In this document: positions 13,801 through 27,000 of the stretch, in pieces
Numbering within the stretch: the first letter of the stretch is position 1
How the letters are laid out: each line of letters opens with the position of its first letter
From: Octopus bimaculoides
Lineage: Eukaryota
Reading direction: 5' to 3'
Length of the DNA: 64,000 bases
NCBI RefSeq assembly: GCF_001194135.2
Contig: NC_068990.1
Span: forward strand, 45,292,883-45,356,882
Position numbers and translations under genes: made by a program
The notes under the pieces: model-generated
The model's database searches: none
What the model saw: only the letters and a program-made list of their open reading frames with translations
What the model was told of the DNA's origin: nothing

Positions 13801-16800
13801 ACTATTGTCAACAATAAAGCTGACTGAACAAAACCTTGGTCCAAGTATGCAATCTAGTTTACCTTACATATGACAAACCTGTATCGAGTAAGCAGCACTT
13901 TTGAACTCCCATTTTTTAAAGCATAAAACAAACAATTTAAAACACTCAAATACATTATTTCCAATACAAATATTAAACCATGAAATATATTTTGTGCTAG
14001 AACGGATCATTCATTTAGACAGTGCATATGTTTATTAACACTATATTTTACCAATAATTCAATTGGGTCCAGATATATTAGGTAATACAGTGAAGAGTAT
14101 GGATGATGATAGAAATGATTCACACACCACACCTCACCAGATATCATAGTCAATGCATTTTGTTTTCTTTCAATTGATGAAGTTCAGGTTTAACATTAAA
14201 GTCTGAATTATATACATAGACTACAAACAAACCTGACACTACAACAAATCACTTTTCCTTTTATCCAATAGTCCTGAAAGATGGGACATTGTTTTCTTTG
14301 ACTCTCTTACATTTGATTGTCAGATATTTAGGGTGGGTTTGTAGAATGAAAAAGAAAAGGAAGAAAGAGAAACGAGGAAAATAAAAAGAATGAGATAGAG
14401 AAAGAAAAGGAGAAATAGAGAGACTGGAGAGAAACTGAAGTTGGGAAAGGAAAGAAATTTTTCACATTAAATAATGGTTGTTGCCTGAAGCCCACAGGGA
14501 CACAGTTGTACTGGGATATCGTTGGAGAGAAAAGGGTAACATAATGGAAACTTTAATCCTTCAACATTCAGATTACTGTCAAATGCAATGCTTATTATTC
14601 ATAATGTTTTGAATTAAGCATGATTTATTTTGTATCTTCTTGATTTTGAAATTTTTAGAATGATGTAGGAACAAGAGGCTGGGTCTGGCAGGCTTGAACA
14701 TAAAACAGGTAGAATATTTGGGAAGGATATGACCATTTTATATGCTATTAAGATTAATGGCGTAAGCTTAAAAATTCAGAAGTTTGTTTCGCATACATTT
14801 GTAAACAGGGATCTTGAAAAGACAGGGATAGAGCTTGGGAGTAATGTTTCAGGTGAATCAGAGATCATTATAGAAATATATTCAAAACAATGTCAATAAA
14901 AAAAAATAAAAACTGTGTTTTTAAAAATACCTTAAATTCAACATTACAATAGTTTTGTATCTAATACAAGTGAAAAATTTGAAGCTATATTAGCTTCAAA
15001 CAGATGTTTTCAAATGGTGCAGTGCAGCACACTAGTGCATTGCAAAAGATAGCTAAATGCACCCCAGATTTTTTAAAATAAAATTAAAGGCTTTAGAAAA
15101 TCCATACTTTAATATCTGTCTTGATAACTGTGTTTTTCATGATCTTGTTACACACAAATATAATTAATAAAAAAAGATAATATTTTTCTAATATGAACTT
15201 TAAAACAAAATAAATAAACCTTTCCATGTGAATATCACTAGAAATGTTTGATCTCCAATGGGCCACAAAATAAAAAAGGTTGTGAACCACTAGCTTAAAG
15301 TCTCAATTGTTTAAAATTTTAAAGCATCTGAAGAAAGGTTTCAATTACATGATCATGCAAATATTTAGATTTTAGTTTAAAATGTTTGACAAGTTGTATC
15401 ATTAAGTGTGCTTGTATGTGTGTGTGTTCCTGTATTAACTGACATTTTTGGCACACCATTCCAATCAGTATTCACTAATTTTGATCTCCTAACACCAATT
15501 TCATCTCTAATATGCAAGACCTAGAAGCTTTTTGCACTTGTAGGAATTGAGCTGAGTATGTAGGTTGTAGGCTTTTCTTAGTTTTATCATTACCATTTAA
15601 AAAACAAAGAAAGATAATGTTGGGAGATAGAAAGGATAAATGCTAATAATTTAAGAAAATTGAAGAATAAAATTGTATTTTTTTTTTTAGACTGAAAGTT
15701 CCCAAGAAAGTAGGTTTGTGTATTGAACTATTTATTCCCTGTTTATGTAAATCACATTGGTTGATCTAAAATTTCAAAAATAAGAAAATGGATCCATTTT
15801 TTGTATGAGATGATAAATCCCACTAAAGTAATCACATTAAATAAAAGTGAAAAGTGGTTACTGTAATTATTATAAAAAATACTTAGTCAACTCAATCAAC
15901 TTATTCACGCTGATGTGTCTATGTTAAACTTATAACTTTGGAAAACAGCAACTCACACAAAATCATATAATATTCAAACAAAATTTAATATAAATTTCAA
16001 TAATACACTAAAATCTAAATAATAAAGAATTAATCTGATCTAATTGTCATCATACATATTGTTTTTAACATTTTTATTTTCTATGTTGGCATGATGTTCC
16101 TGCAATGCAGCAGCTTTCTATACCTCCATACATATCACCACCATTTGATACTATTTTCAAGTAGTTGGTATTTCATGAGATTTTGGCTTTGGTTTTCTTG
16201 ACCAGATGATCTTCCAATTGTCAACTGTTGTGAACAAGAAGGCCAAATGCATTTATCAATGCACCAGTACTAGAGAAGGTCTTTTTTCCCCACAATATGA
16301 AGCTTACTCAAAATGATATATCTCATAGTAATGACACTTCAACAGGAGGTCTGTATCACATTAAGCATGAAACTGGCAAACTGTTTAAATCTATTAGGTA
16401 GTAAATCATTTTATATCATATAAAAAAGTTTCGCTAAAATTTTTAAATAACCTTCTATATTGAAACTGAGTGTATAAAAAATCCTTCTATTGATACACAT
16501 TTTAATACCCATCATCATCATTACTTTTTGTCTGCTTTTTCCATGCAAGTATGATTTAGACAAGACTTATAATATTCTACAGATGGATGCTCTTTGTGGT
16601 ACCAACCCTTACCTGTTTTCACTTAAGGTACTTCATTCCACTGGAATTCACATATTGAATTGCTGAGCTGCAGGACAAAAACTAATGTCACTGGTACCCA
16701 AGTGGTATCAATGCAAAAGATACAAGGAAATACGCACACACATGATGGGCTTCCATACAGTTTCCACATAGCAAATTTCAACCACAAAACATTGTTAACC

Positions 16801-19800
16801 TGAGACTATAGCAGAAAACACTTGAATGGGACTGAACCTGAAATCACATGGTTGCAAAACAAATTTGCAGCCATGTTATATAATCTATAAAAAATAAAAC
16901 ATTTTCAGCTTTTACAATTAATGTGTTAGTCAAATAGGGAAAACTGCAATGTCATTGTACATTCACACATTTCACTGTTCTACATACACTTTCACCATCA
17001 TCATTTAACATCTGTTGTCCATGCTGGCATGGGTTGGACAGTGTGACCAGAGCTGAGGAGCTGGGAGGAATGGCTGCATCAGACTCCAGTCTGATTTGGC
17101 ATGGTTTCTACAGCTAGGTGCCCTTCCTAACTCCTTACAGAGTGTGTTAGATGCTTTTATGTAGCACTGTATGAGTACTTCTGCATGGCTCCACACGAGT
17201 GCTTTTATGTGGCACCACTCAGATGCTTTTAGATGATGCCACAGAAGTGCTTTTACATGTCGCTGCATGGGTGCTTATACGTGTTGCCACATGGGCACTT
17301 TTATGAGGAACTGTCATGAGTGCTTAACACAACCAGAAGCTGTGGGGTACAGGTCTCCTTGAGTACAGTCAGGCACCAGGTATCTCGGTCCTTTGTCATC
17401 TTGCCTGAAAGGTTCAGTGTCCAATGATGATTTACTTCAGAGATGTAATTGTAGACTCTTTTCATTATATTGAAACTTTTTAAAAAATTTACTTGGTCAA
17501 CTCACTCAACTTATTCACGCTGATGCATCTATAACTATGGAAAACACTATAATAATAATAATAATAATAATAATGACTTTGGTGTGGGAGTAGTATTAAA
17601 AATATTGAGGAGGGAGAGAAGGCTAAATAAATTTCAACTTGAGATTGAAACTAGATAAAAAACATAACTTCACATTCCCTATCTAAATACTGACAGATTG
17701 ACTTAACAATTGTTGAACATGTTTCATGATGCATCATCATCATCAAATGTTCATTTTCCACGCTGGCATGGGCTGAATGGTAGGAGCTGGTAAGCTGGAG
17801 GGCTGCACTAGGCCCCAGTCATCTGTTTTGGTATGGTTCCTACACCTGGATGCCCTTTTTTATGCCAACCACTTTACAGAGTATACTGGGTGCTTTTTTT
17901 TTTTTTTACATGGGCACCAGCATGGGTCCTCTCTACATGGTACTAGTATAGGTGCTTTTTATGTGATGCTAGCACAGGAAGCATATACTCTATAATATCA
18001 AAAGTATATTTGTTATACTTGGGGATACTCTTTTACTTGTTTCAGTCATTTGACTGCGGCCATGCTGGAGCACCACCTTTAGTCGAGAAAATCAACCCCA
18101 GGACTTATTCTTTGGAAGCCTAGTACTTATTCTATCAGTCTCTTTTTGCCAAACCGCTAAGTTACGGGGACGTAAACACATACACGACGGGCTTCTTTCA
18201 GTTTCTGTCTACCAAATCCACTCACAAGGCTTTGGTCGGCCCGAGGCTATAGTAGAAGACACTAGCCCAAGGTGCCACACAGTGGGACTGAACCCGGAAC
18301 CATGTGGTTGGTAAGCAAGTTACTTACCACACAGCCACTCCTGCGCCTATCTTTTACCATCCCCAAATATAACAATAGCTGTTTCAATGCACATTTTCAC
18401 ATCAAGAATCTTGCAAAACAAATCTATTTATCATGCTTTCATTTAAAGCCAAAACACACCTCCAGCAATAGAGGACAGGAGAGTTCATGCAAACAAAAAA
18501 GTTATTCATTTATACCACATCTGCTTCCAAGCCCAAAAAACTCATTCTAATTATTATTTCTACACTCTCCAGAATCAAGAAAGAATAATTAATTAGATGG
18601 CAGATATAATAGTTAAATCCCATTTATTTCTACATCACAAATCAAAATCTTGAGTATGTTCAAAGTAGTGTTAACTTTTTAATATCCAATGTATTAAATA
18701 TGTTAACAAAAAATAATTAGGTGATGAGAAATAAAGAAGAAAACTTATTCAGAACATAAACTACCCAAATTCAATCTGCATCATATTTATTAGTCACTGA
18801 CTACTACTGCTTTCTACCCCATGCTAAATAATTATTTCTCATTTAAAATTTTTGATATTCCTTACATTTTAAATATGTTTGCATCAAATCAAGTGCTGCT
18901 TTTCTTTTGGACAGCCTCCGAATATTTTATTTTCTAAACAATTCTACTTTTCTAGGACAACCCATGCACAATGTTATCCACATAGCAATTCTTCCCATCA
19001 CTATTTCAGGAAGTACAGTAAAATCTAAGTTTTGCTGATGAGGTCAGAATAGGACTCAAACATTCTCAGAGTTGTTTACTGCACTTGCAGAAATGATTAA
19101 AACAACAGCTCTTAGCTAATAGTTGTTTATAACACTAGTTAACTATTTGATGCTTCTTGCATTAAATGTTAACACTAACTATTGTTTTGGGGTGAATGAC
19201 ATCTGAGTAATTTATCTTCAGAATACTTTTATTTGTGAGATTTTATGGAACTATAAACAGAAAAACATAACTATTCCAAACACTCAAAGTTTAGGTCAAT
19301 TATCTACAACCAATTTATATTAAAATAAACCTTGTAAAATATTCTTACAATATAAAAACAATTTTATGACCTATTTTTGCCAAAACAGACCATCATTAGT
19401 TTTTCTTAAATAATGAACCAGTGGAGTACAAACCTGACTATACACAGCCTAATTAAACTAATTTCATATTCTGATCATCTTCATTTCACTAAATCTAACA
19501 GTTTTCCAAAATTCACTTTCAATTACACACTAATACCTATTTATGAGATTGAATTTATTAAATACTCAGTCTCTCCAGGCACACATACTAACTGAAAATC
19601 TTGGTTCTTAATTCCAAAATTCTCCACTAGTTTGAGGGTATAAAAGAGAATTATAACAAGAATTTCACCATTTAGTTGATCACTGTATTTTTCAATACCA
19701 TCACAAATATATAATAAACTGCTTTGCTTGTTCCAGTAATAAAGACAACCATAGGCAGCCTAATATATAGTTCACTAGAATAAAAACACCTTTTAAGATC

Positions 19801-20984
19801 GTATTTTATTTTAGTGGTAAAAGCAGCTAGGTTGGTTTAACAAGACACCAAATTTCTATTTCAGAACTACTTCTGCAATCGAATTGAGTAATATCACATG
19901 ACAGCCATGTGACATAGTGGGCAGAGTATTTGGTTTACGATTGCAAAGTCATGAGTGATTCCCAGCGGCATGTTGTGTCCTTGAGCAAGATACTTTATTT
20001 CATGTTGCTCCAGTGCACTCTGTTGGCAAAAATTGAATTGTACCTGTAATTCAAATTCTGTGTCACACTGAATCTCCATGAGAACCACATTAAGGGTGTA
20101 TGCATATCTGAGGAGTGCTCAGCCACTTGCATGTTAATTTCACAAGTAGGCTGGTTCATTGATCAGATCAACTGGAATGCTTGTCTTCGTAACTGATGGA
20201 GTGCAAGTTTATCACATAGATGGTAAAAGATCATGTCTCTAATGAGAGAGTGGCATAACTGGACAACAAGAACGGGGTGTATGAGAAACTTGTGTTTCAT
20301 AACTATCAAGATGAGTAAAGTCAATGGTATCCTATTGTTTGTATCAAAATAAGATAAGTTTTCATCTCAACATAATTTAGGAATTAAATCACCAACTGAA
20401 ACCCACCTTTGATACGTATTGTAGGAGCTACGTTTCCTAGATAGTAATGCTCAAGGAATTATACAGTAAATCATAAACAGGTCATTGTTGAATACTTGTA
20501 AGCAATGTATTTACAGTTGTCAGAAATTCAATAACTATAGATTGTTTCAAGAGACAAAGTACCAGAATATGACACCACATTTAATGTTACAGTGTAGCAT
20601 CTACTCATGTAGACCCATTTCACATAACAAGGCCATCGGATATTAGGGTATACAATATCTTGCATTACTGCCCTTACAGATTAGTGTGTACACTTTTCAT
20701 ACATAGCTCAACCCATATATGAACTCAAATACTCTTGACCTCCAATGCCCATATCTTTAAAATATGTTTTTTATTTATTTTAAAGAGTATTTAAAAATAA
20801 CATGAATTTAAAAATAACACTGTCAGAATGATTTTGATATACTTTCAATGAAACAAGGAAACATAAACCTCTGACTCAATCATTTAAGAGAGAGAGAGAT
20901 AGACAGACAGGGAGAGACAGAGAGAGAGAGAGGTGTGTGTATCAAGTAACAATATCGAAGAATTTAAAAGAGAAACAATATAGC

Positions 20985-21059
<75 letters not shown>

Positions 21060-24000
21060 AATGAAAGAGATACAAGTTTATTAATTAAACACTGAACATG
21101 ATGAAACCTCATATATGAAAAGTGTAATATCTGAAGAACCAGGCTTACAGTATGAGTAATGAAAGACTATTCAAAAATTGGTTATAAGACAACACCGATG
21201 AAGTTGCTGAATGAATGAAAGAAAAAGTTTTATGAGATATGGAGTGAAAGTAAACAGACATTTGTGATAAAGCTAAATGAATCTTTACATCATAATCTAT
21301 AAAAATGTATGTTTGTTTATAAATCATGTTCTCACGATTTTGAGCTGGTTATAACTGAGGTGTTTGAAGCTGTTGCACTGCTATGTGCAGTCAGTATATG
21401 ACACTGCACAGGTTGAGCAACAGGCTCACTAGCTACAAGGATTCAGATCTTGTGATATTATGCATGTTGCAATAACTCGTTTCTCTTTTGTTGAGTGTGT
21501 GACATTTATGCCTTTCTAAAGATATAAGTCAATATGATATTTTTATGGCTTAATCAGAAAATGAAGAGCAGAGCCTGTAACTTGTACCTTTTGCAGGACC
21601 TCCAAGACTAGTGGAGAAAATGGAGGAAGCAGTACATTAAGATATTCATGTTATCTTCAAACTAGAGAGCCAGTACCTCAATTAAAGGTAGACACAGTCG
21701 GGTGGCAATATTACTGGTTGGCAAATTAAATTTACCACATAAGAACAGATACAACCAATCTAATGAGCTTCTGCAGTTTCCATGTACCCAATTTTACAAG
21801 ACTTAAGTTGGTATGTTACTATGGCAAAAGACAGCTGACCAAGTTATATGCTTTGCAGCAGTATTGAACCCAAAGTTATTTGATGATATATATGTAGTCA
21901 TATGTCATCTATGCCTGCAGCCACAATGTAATAAATTTTCAGAATAAATTCATGAAAAAATACTTTTAATTTCATAACAGGAAGTTAGAATTTGGAAGAA
22001 ATTAAATATTTCAAGAGGTAGCTTCAAAAATGATCTTTTTTTCACAAGTGGTAAATCTTGTTCCAATGGCAGTCTAATTGTAATTACCCTTGTAATACAA
22101 AAAAGCAAAAATCAGTCCTCATACGTACTATTTGCTACTGAAACAAGATCATAGACAAAGTGCTGCTTGAACTGAAACAATACTAAGAATTTATAGGATA
22201 TTTTTATAAACTATTTTAGTAAGTGATAAAGATACATTAGAATTTGGATTGAAACTGCCTTGCTTAATACTTTGATTGTAAAAATCACATATATCTACTC
22301 ATAATTTCATTACCTTTAATTGTGGAAGGCAGTCTTATATACCAGTCTATCTTTTGCTGAGAACTGTCATATTTGAAGCTAATTTCTGTTGAGTTATGTC
22401 AAGTTTACTGAAGCAACATGACTTGCAGAAAATACCAATTATACTTTTTGGTAGATATTTTAAACCATTACTGGAATAACTATGAAATTTAATTTCACAG
22501 CAAAAAGGTTAAAACCATTTAATAGATAAAACTCACAGAATGACAAGTCATCAAATCAATTTGAAAAATGTATTTTGTGTGAATGCAAAGTTTAATGTAG
22601 ATATTAGGCAAATAATAATAATAATAATAATAATATAGCAGCAAATAATAATAATAATAATGGTTCAGCAATACAGTATCATTTAGTTTCAAATTCTTTT
22701 AACCACATTTTTTAAACTCAAATTCCTGCTAATCTTCATCCATAAAATAATATAAAAAGATTTATTTACTGATTACTAATACTTGTAACATTTAATCGTA
22801 AAATATTTTTTTGAAAATCACAACTAGGAAATATTCACTTAATAGTACCTGTATACATGTATATGGATCTATATAAATAGATTAGTTAGTTTTTAAGATA
22901 CCTAGAGCAATATAAAACCAATATCAAGCTCAATACTTAAAAACAGTAAAGAAATATATAATTTGAAATAGTAAAATGTCTGTTCAATAAAGAACATTAG
23001 TCAAACCACGCTGCATATAGGGCTAAATTAAAGCTAAAATATAAATATGCTGAATTGAAGCAAAAGGCATGATAGCATTAATAAAATAAATGAAAAACAA
23101 ATAGGAAAAGTTAAAAATTTTTTTATGAGGTTGACTTCAATATATTCGGAATTCAGTGGCAAGAAAATTTTAAATAAAATTTGAATGTTTTAACCCCCAA
23201 AACGTCTCAAATATTAATTTGGTCCTTTGTCCAGGCACCAGACAAACAGAAGTGCACAGTTGATTGAATAATCAATATTTAAATATTTAAAATCATTTAA
23301 GACAGGGAAAAAATAAACACATCTAAATAAAAATATGAAATATAGCAAAGCTTTAGTTGAAATAATTTAATTATACTACATTGCCATAAATCACAAATCT
23401 ATCTATCTATATTGGATAGGGCCTGTACAATATAATCATATATAAAATTTCAAAAAAAAAAAAAGTTTATTTCAACATGTGAAATAAAATTTTATCAGAT
23501 ATTAAATTCCAGCAATGATTTCAAGAAAATATTCTTTTTTTTTTTTACTATACTAGAATTAACATTTTGACCTAAATCTAAAATGCAAATGAAAAATAAA
23601 CCAAAATGCAGGAAATTGAATAAGATCAATGAAATCAAAAGAGAATCAATGGTGAGGATATTCCCAGTACAAGAGAGCAAGTCATGAACTAACTACTTTG
23701 AAACTGTATTGATTAATCTGTGCCACCATTGCAGCAGATTACTGGCTCTCAACAGCAACTATTTCAAAACAACAACTCAGCCTTTTGATATAAATTATGA
23801 AAAAAAAAAAGTCAATAACATTTGTTGCAATGATTCAAAGTTATGATCTCTAATATACTCAAAAGCTTTCATAGCTGAAACTTAAATGATTTTTTTTTTA
23901 ATCGATACTCCTATTAAATGAGAGCTTAAAGAAATATATATTAATATTTAAGAAATGGAAAAGCTACAAAGATGACTAGTGTTTTTAGTTGTATACACTT

Positions 24001-27000
24001 CAGATCTTAATGCAACATAAATAAATTTTCTTTAAATAGAAGGTATAATATTTCTCTAGCAAAAGCATATAGTTACTTCTAATATTAAAAAACAAAAAAA
24101 ACAACACACCTCTACATAAAAACTGCATGCAGTTTTGTATGTACTAGCTGTATTAATTATTTATCATTCACGTCACCCAAAAATAATTTGAAAGAATAAA
24201 ATATTTATTAAAAGGAACAAAAATTTCCATAAATATCTTGAATGTGCAGCTGGAGAATAATTCAGTAGAAACAATTCAAATAGTTACAAGTACATCACAT
24301 CACCCTTTAAACTTAGATGTCAGAAAAAATTTGCTTCAAACTATACATATATATAAACTAAAAGCTAAATGACTACTAAAGAAGTAAAAATATCAAAATG
24401 AAGGAGACAAATCGATAAAGTTTAAAATACATTCGCTTGATATGGAAATAGATATTTAAGCATATGAAGTAACAAATGCTGAGTTACTTTTGAAGCCTAA
24501 ACTTCTATTCTTAATCATTATGATGCCATGTAAAATGTTTCTAATGGAGTTCAATAAATGTTAATAGTTCAAATACAGAACTTCAACTGATAAAACTGGC
24601 ATATATAGAGAGATGGACGAAAGACCTAACTTTATAATCAGCTTAACGAAGCAATAAAAATAACTGTATAAACAAAAACTCAACGATGTACCATATATGT
24701 TGATCTGTGGGTTAAATTATGCAAAAGAAAAAGAGGTAACATACCGTTTTGCAGTTTGAATGTCTTCTAGCATCTCAGTACCAACTCCACATACAAGCTG
24801 TATTCCATTGCTCACTACTATTTGTTTGCGTTTTAATTTTTTTTTTATGTTAACGTTCGTTATTTTAATGCAATATTTAGTTCATTATGTGGCATTTTGT
24901 GAGAAGTCCCACGCATAACAATAGTAGTATCACAGTTCAATTAGAGCTGAACACCGATGGTTATATAAATATATATTTATATATAGAGATACGCAGTTCA
25001 TAAAACTTACTTTTGGATTTTTGGGGAGGGGCATGTGTGTATGTGTAGGTTTTTTGTACTTTCCTTTTTAATTATTTTGTTTCATTTGAGACAGCACCAA
25101 AACTTAACTGCCTTTTCACCAACTTAAACTTTTGTCAAATAAAGACAGATGACTGCATTTATAAGAAAATGTACAATGAAATGCTTACGTCCATGCAGAT
25201 GTAAGTTGATGGTAGGCAACATTATTGAGGATGTAGGTGTGAAGTAGTCTACTATCAGCATGTAAATAGGCTGGAGGGAAGGGAAACAGCCAATGAAAAC
25301 CATTTTATGATAATATGGCATGATAGTTTATAACATTGATTACAAACACTGAAAATTACATTAATACTCACTGATTTTGCTGTCAATAACACAACCCAAC
25401 CCAACTGAATCAATAGAACTGCTGTCCAGAAGACTTTAATAACAATGGGATGCCAGAGGATATTGCATATGTAAGAACACTTTTTTAGAAGCCATAAGAC
25501 AATCCTTTGAGAACAACTTCAGAATTGGTATTACAAGATAGTGTGCAAGTCCTTGCACAGATATAAACATTTCTTATGTTTGTTTTTTTCCTCTATTTTT
25601 CTCTCTTTTTCTTTTAAATCTGGCCAAATTGAGCTCAAATGAGGCAAGTCAAGCCTTCCTAAATGCAGTGGTAAGAGGCTCCAGGAGTTAAGCCCTGTAA
25701 TATGCTAGGAAGAGAATCATTAAAGATATACGGCCCACTCTGACATACTTACCAGTCGGAAAGAGTTGGTATTAACATTTTTCGCCACCCAGTTTATATT
25801 CCAATCTATCTTGGTACAAGCTCATTCCTTTCTTGGTTTTTATTTTCTCAGGAAAACAAAGAACCCTCGAAGGAATGCATATGCCAAATAGATATACATA
25901 CGTACACATAATTATAAGTATTACGTGTACGTATATGCTAACATAGGGTGAATATTTTGAGATATGTCTGCATGTATGTGTGAATTTGTATAATTGAGTG
26001 TATACGCGCCTCAAAAATTAGACAATACTCAAAGTACTTGGGAATGAGAGGTCATGTTATACCTCTTCCATATAAAACTTGAGCTTGAAACAAGTGCTCT
26101 AACCTAGAAATTTCGGAATTCCTTGGGCCACTGCTACTACTGGCTCCTGTAGAAGCTGTTCCTGCAACACCTGGTCCACTGGGCCCACCAGTACTGCTTA
26201 CTCCACGGTAACGATCCAAATGCCTTTCTGAACTTCGAGAGTGATGGTGTGACTTTCTAGCTTTTCTTACAATACTGCCAAGGTCAACATTGTCATCTGA
26301 CGGAAATAATTTACATAGAGCTTCTCCAACAGTTGGTTCAATCTCCTGTAAAATTAAAGTTATAAAATCAATCATATTGGGATACACAAGTCTTTGTAGC
26401 AAAAAAACATCAAAATCATGTAAAAATCAGAATTAATAGCTAAACAGTATCAGAAAGACATTTGCATAAATGAGCATACTATATTAAGATTATACTTCCT
26501 TGACACAGAACTCTACCTTAATCATAACCATGATTAAGAAGAGAAGAAAATGAACAAAGATTTGAGGCAGCTGCTATCAAACTGTTGAAAATGGTAAATA
26601 CTTATGATGAAATATGAAGACTTTGCTTACAATCAATAACGGTTGATTATATGTCAGGCTATTGGAAATATAGTTCCTATTTAAAGCAGGATAATTAAAT
26701 TTTGAAAACTTAAAAAATAGTAATAGCAAAAAAAAATTTCATACTTGTCCATCTCTGCCAATTTTAACATATTTATTTTCATTCCAAGGGTTATGCAGAT
26801 GTGTAGTTTTAGTAAATTGAAGGTCACGCCTAAAAAATGAAAATGAAAGAAAACAATTGCTTATATAAAAATACTAAATTTTTTTAAAAAGTGCTTTTAT
26901 TTAACTGTTATAGGAACAGAAATTTAAAATGATTGATTTTTAGTACAAGTTGTATGTGTATGGAAGTGCAATGAAAGAAACAAACTGTAACAATTATGTA

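Noticed and set aside
24744-24796. Possible 53-nt exon ([18 protein letters not shown]) that would rescue the 26202 donor in frame
   Set aside because: The donor (gtatgt) is good, but the acceptor lacks a pyrimidine tract. Kept only as a remote possibility.
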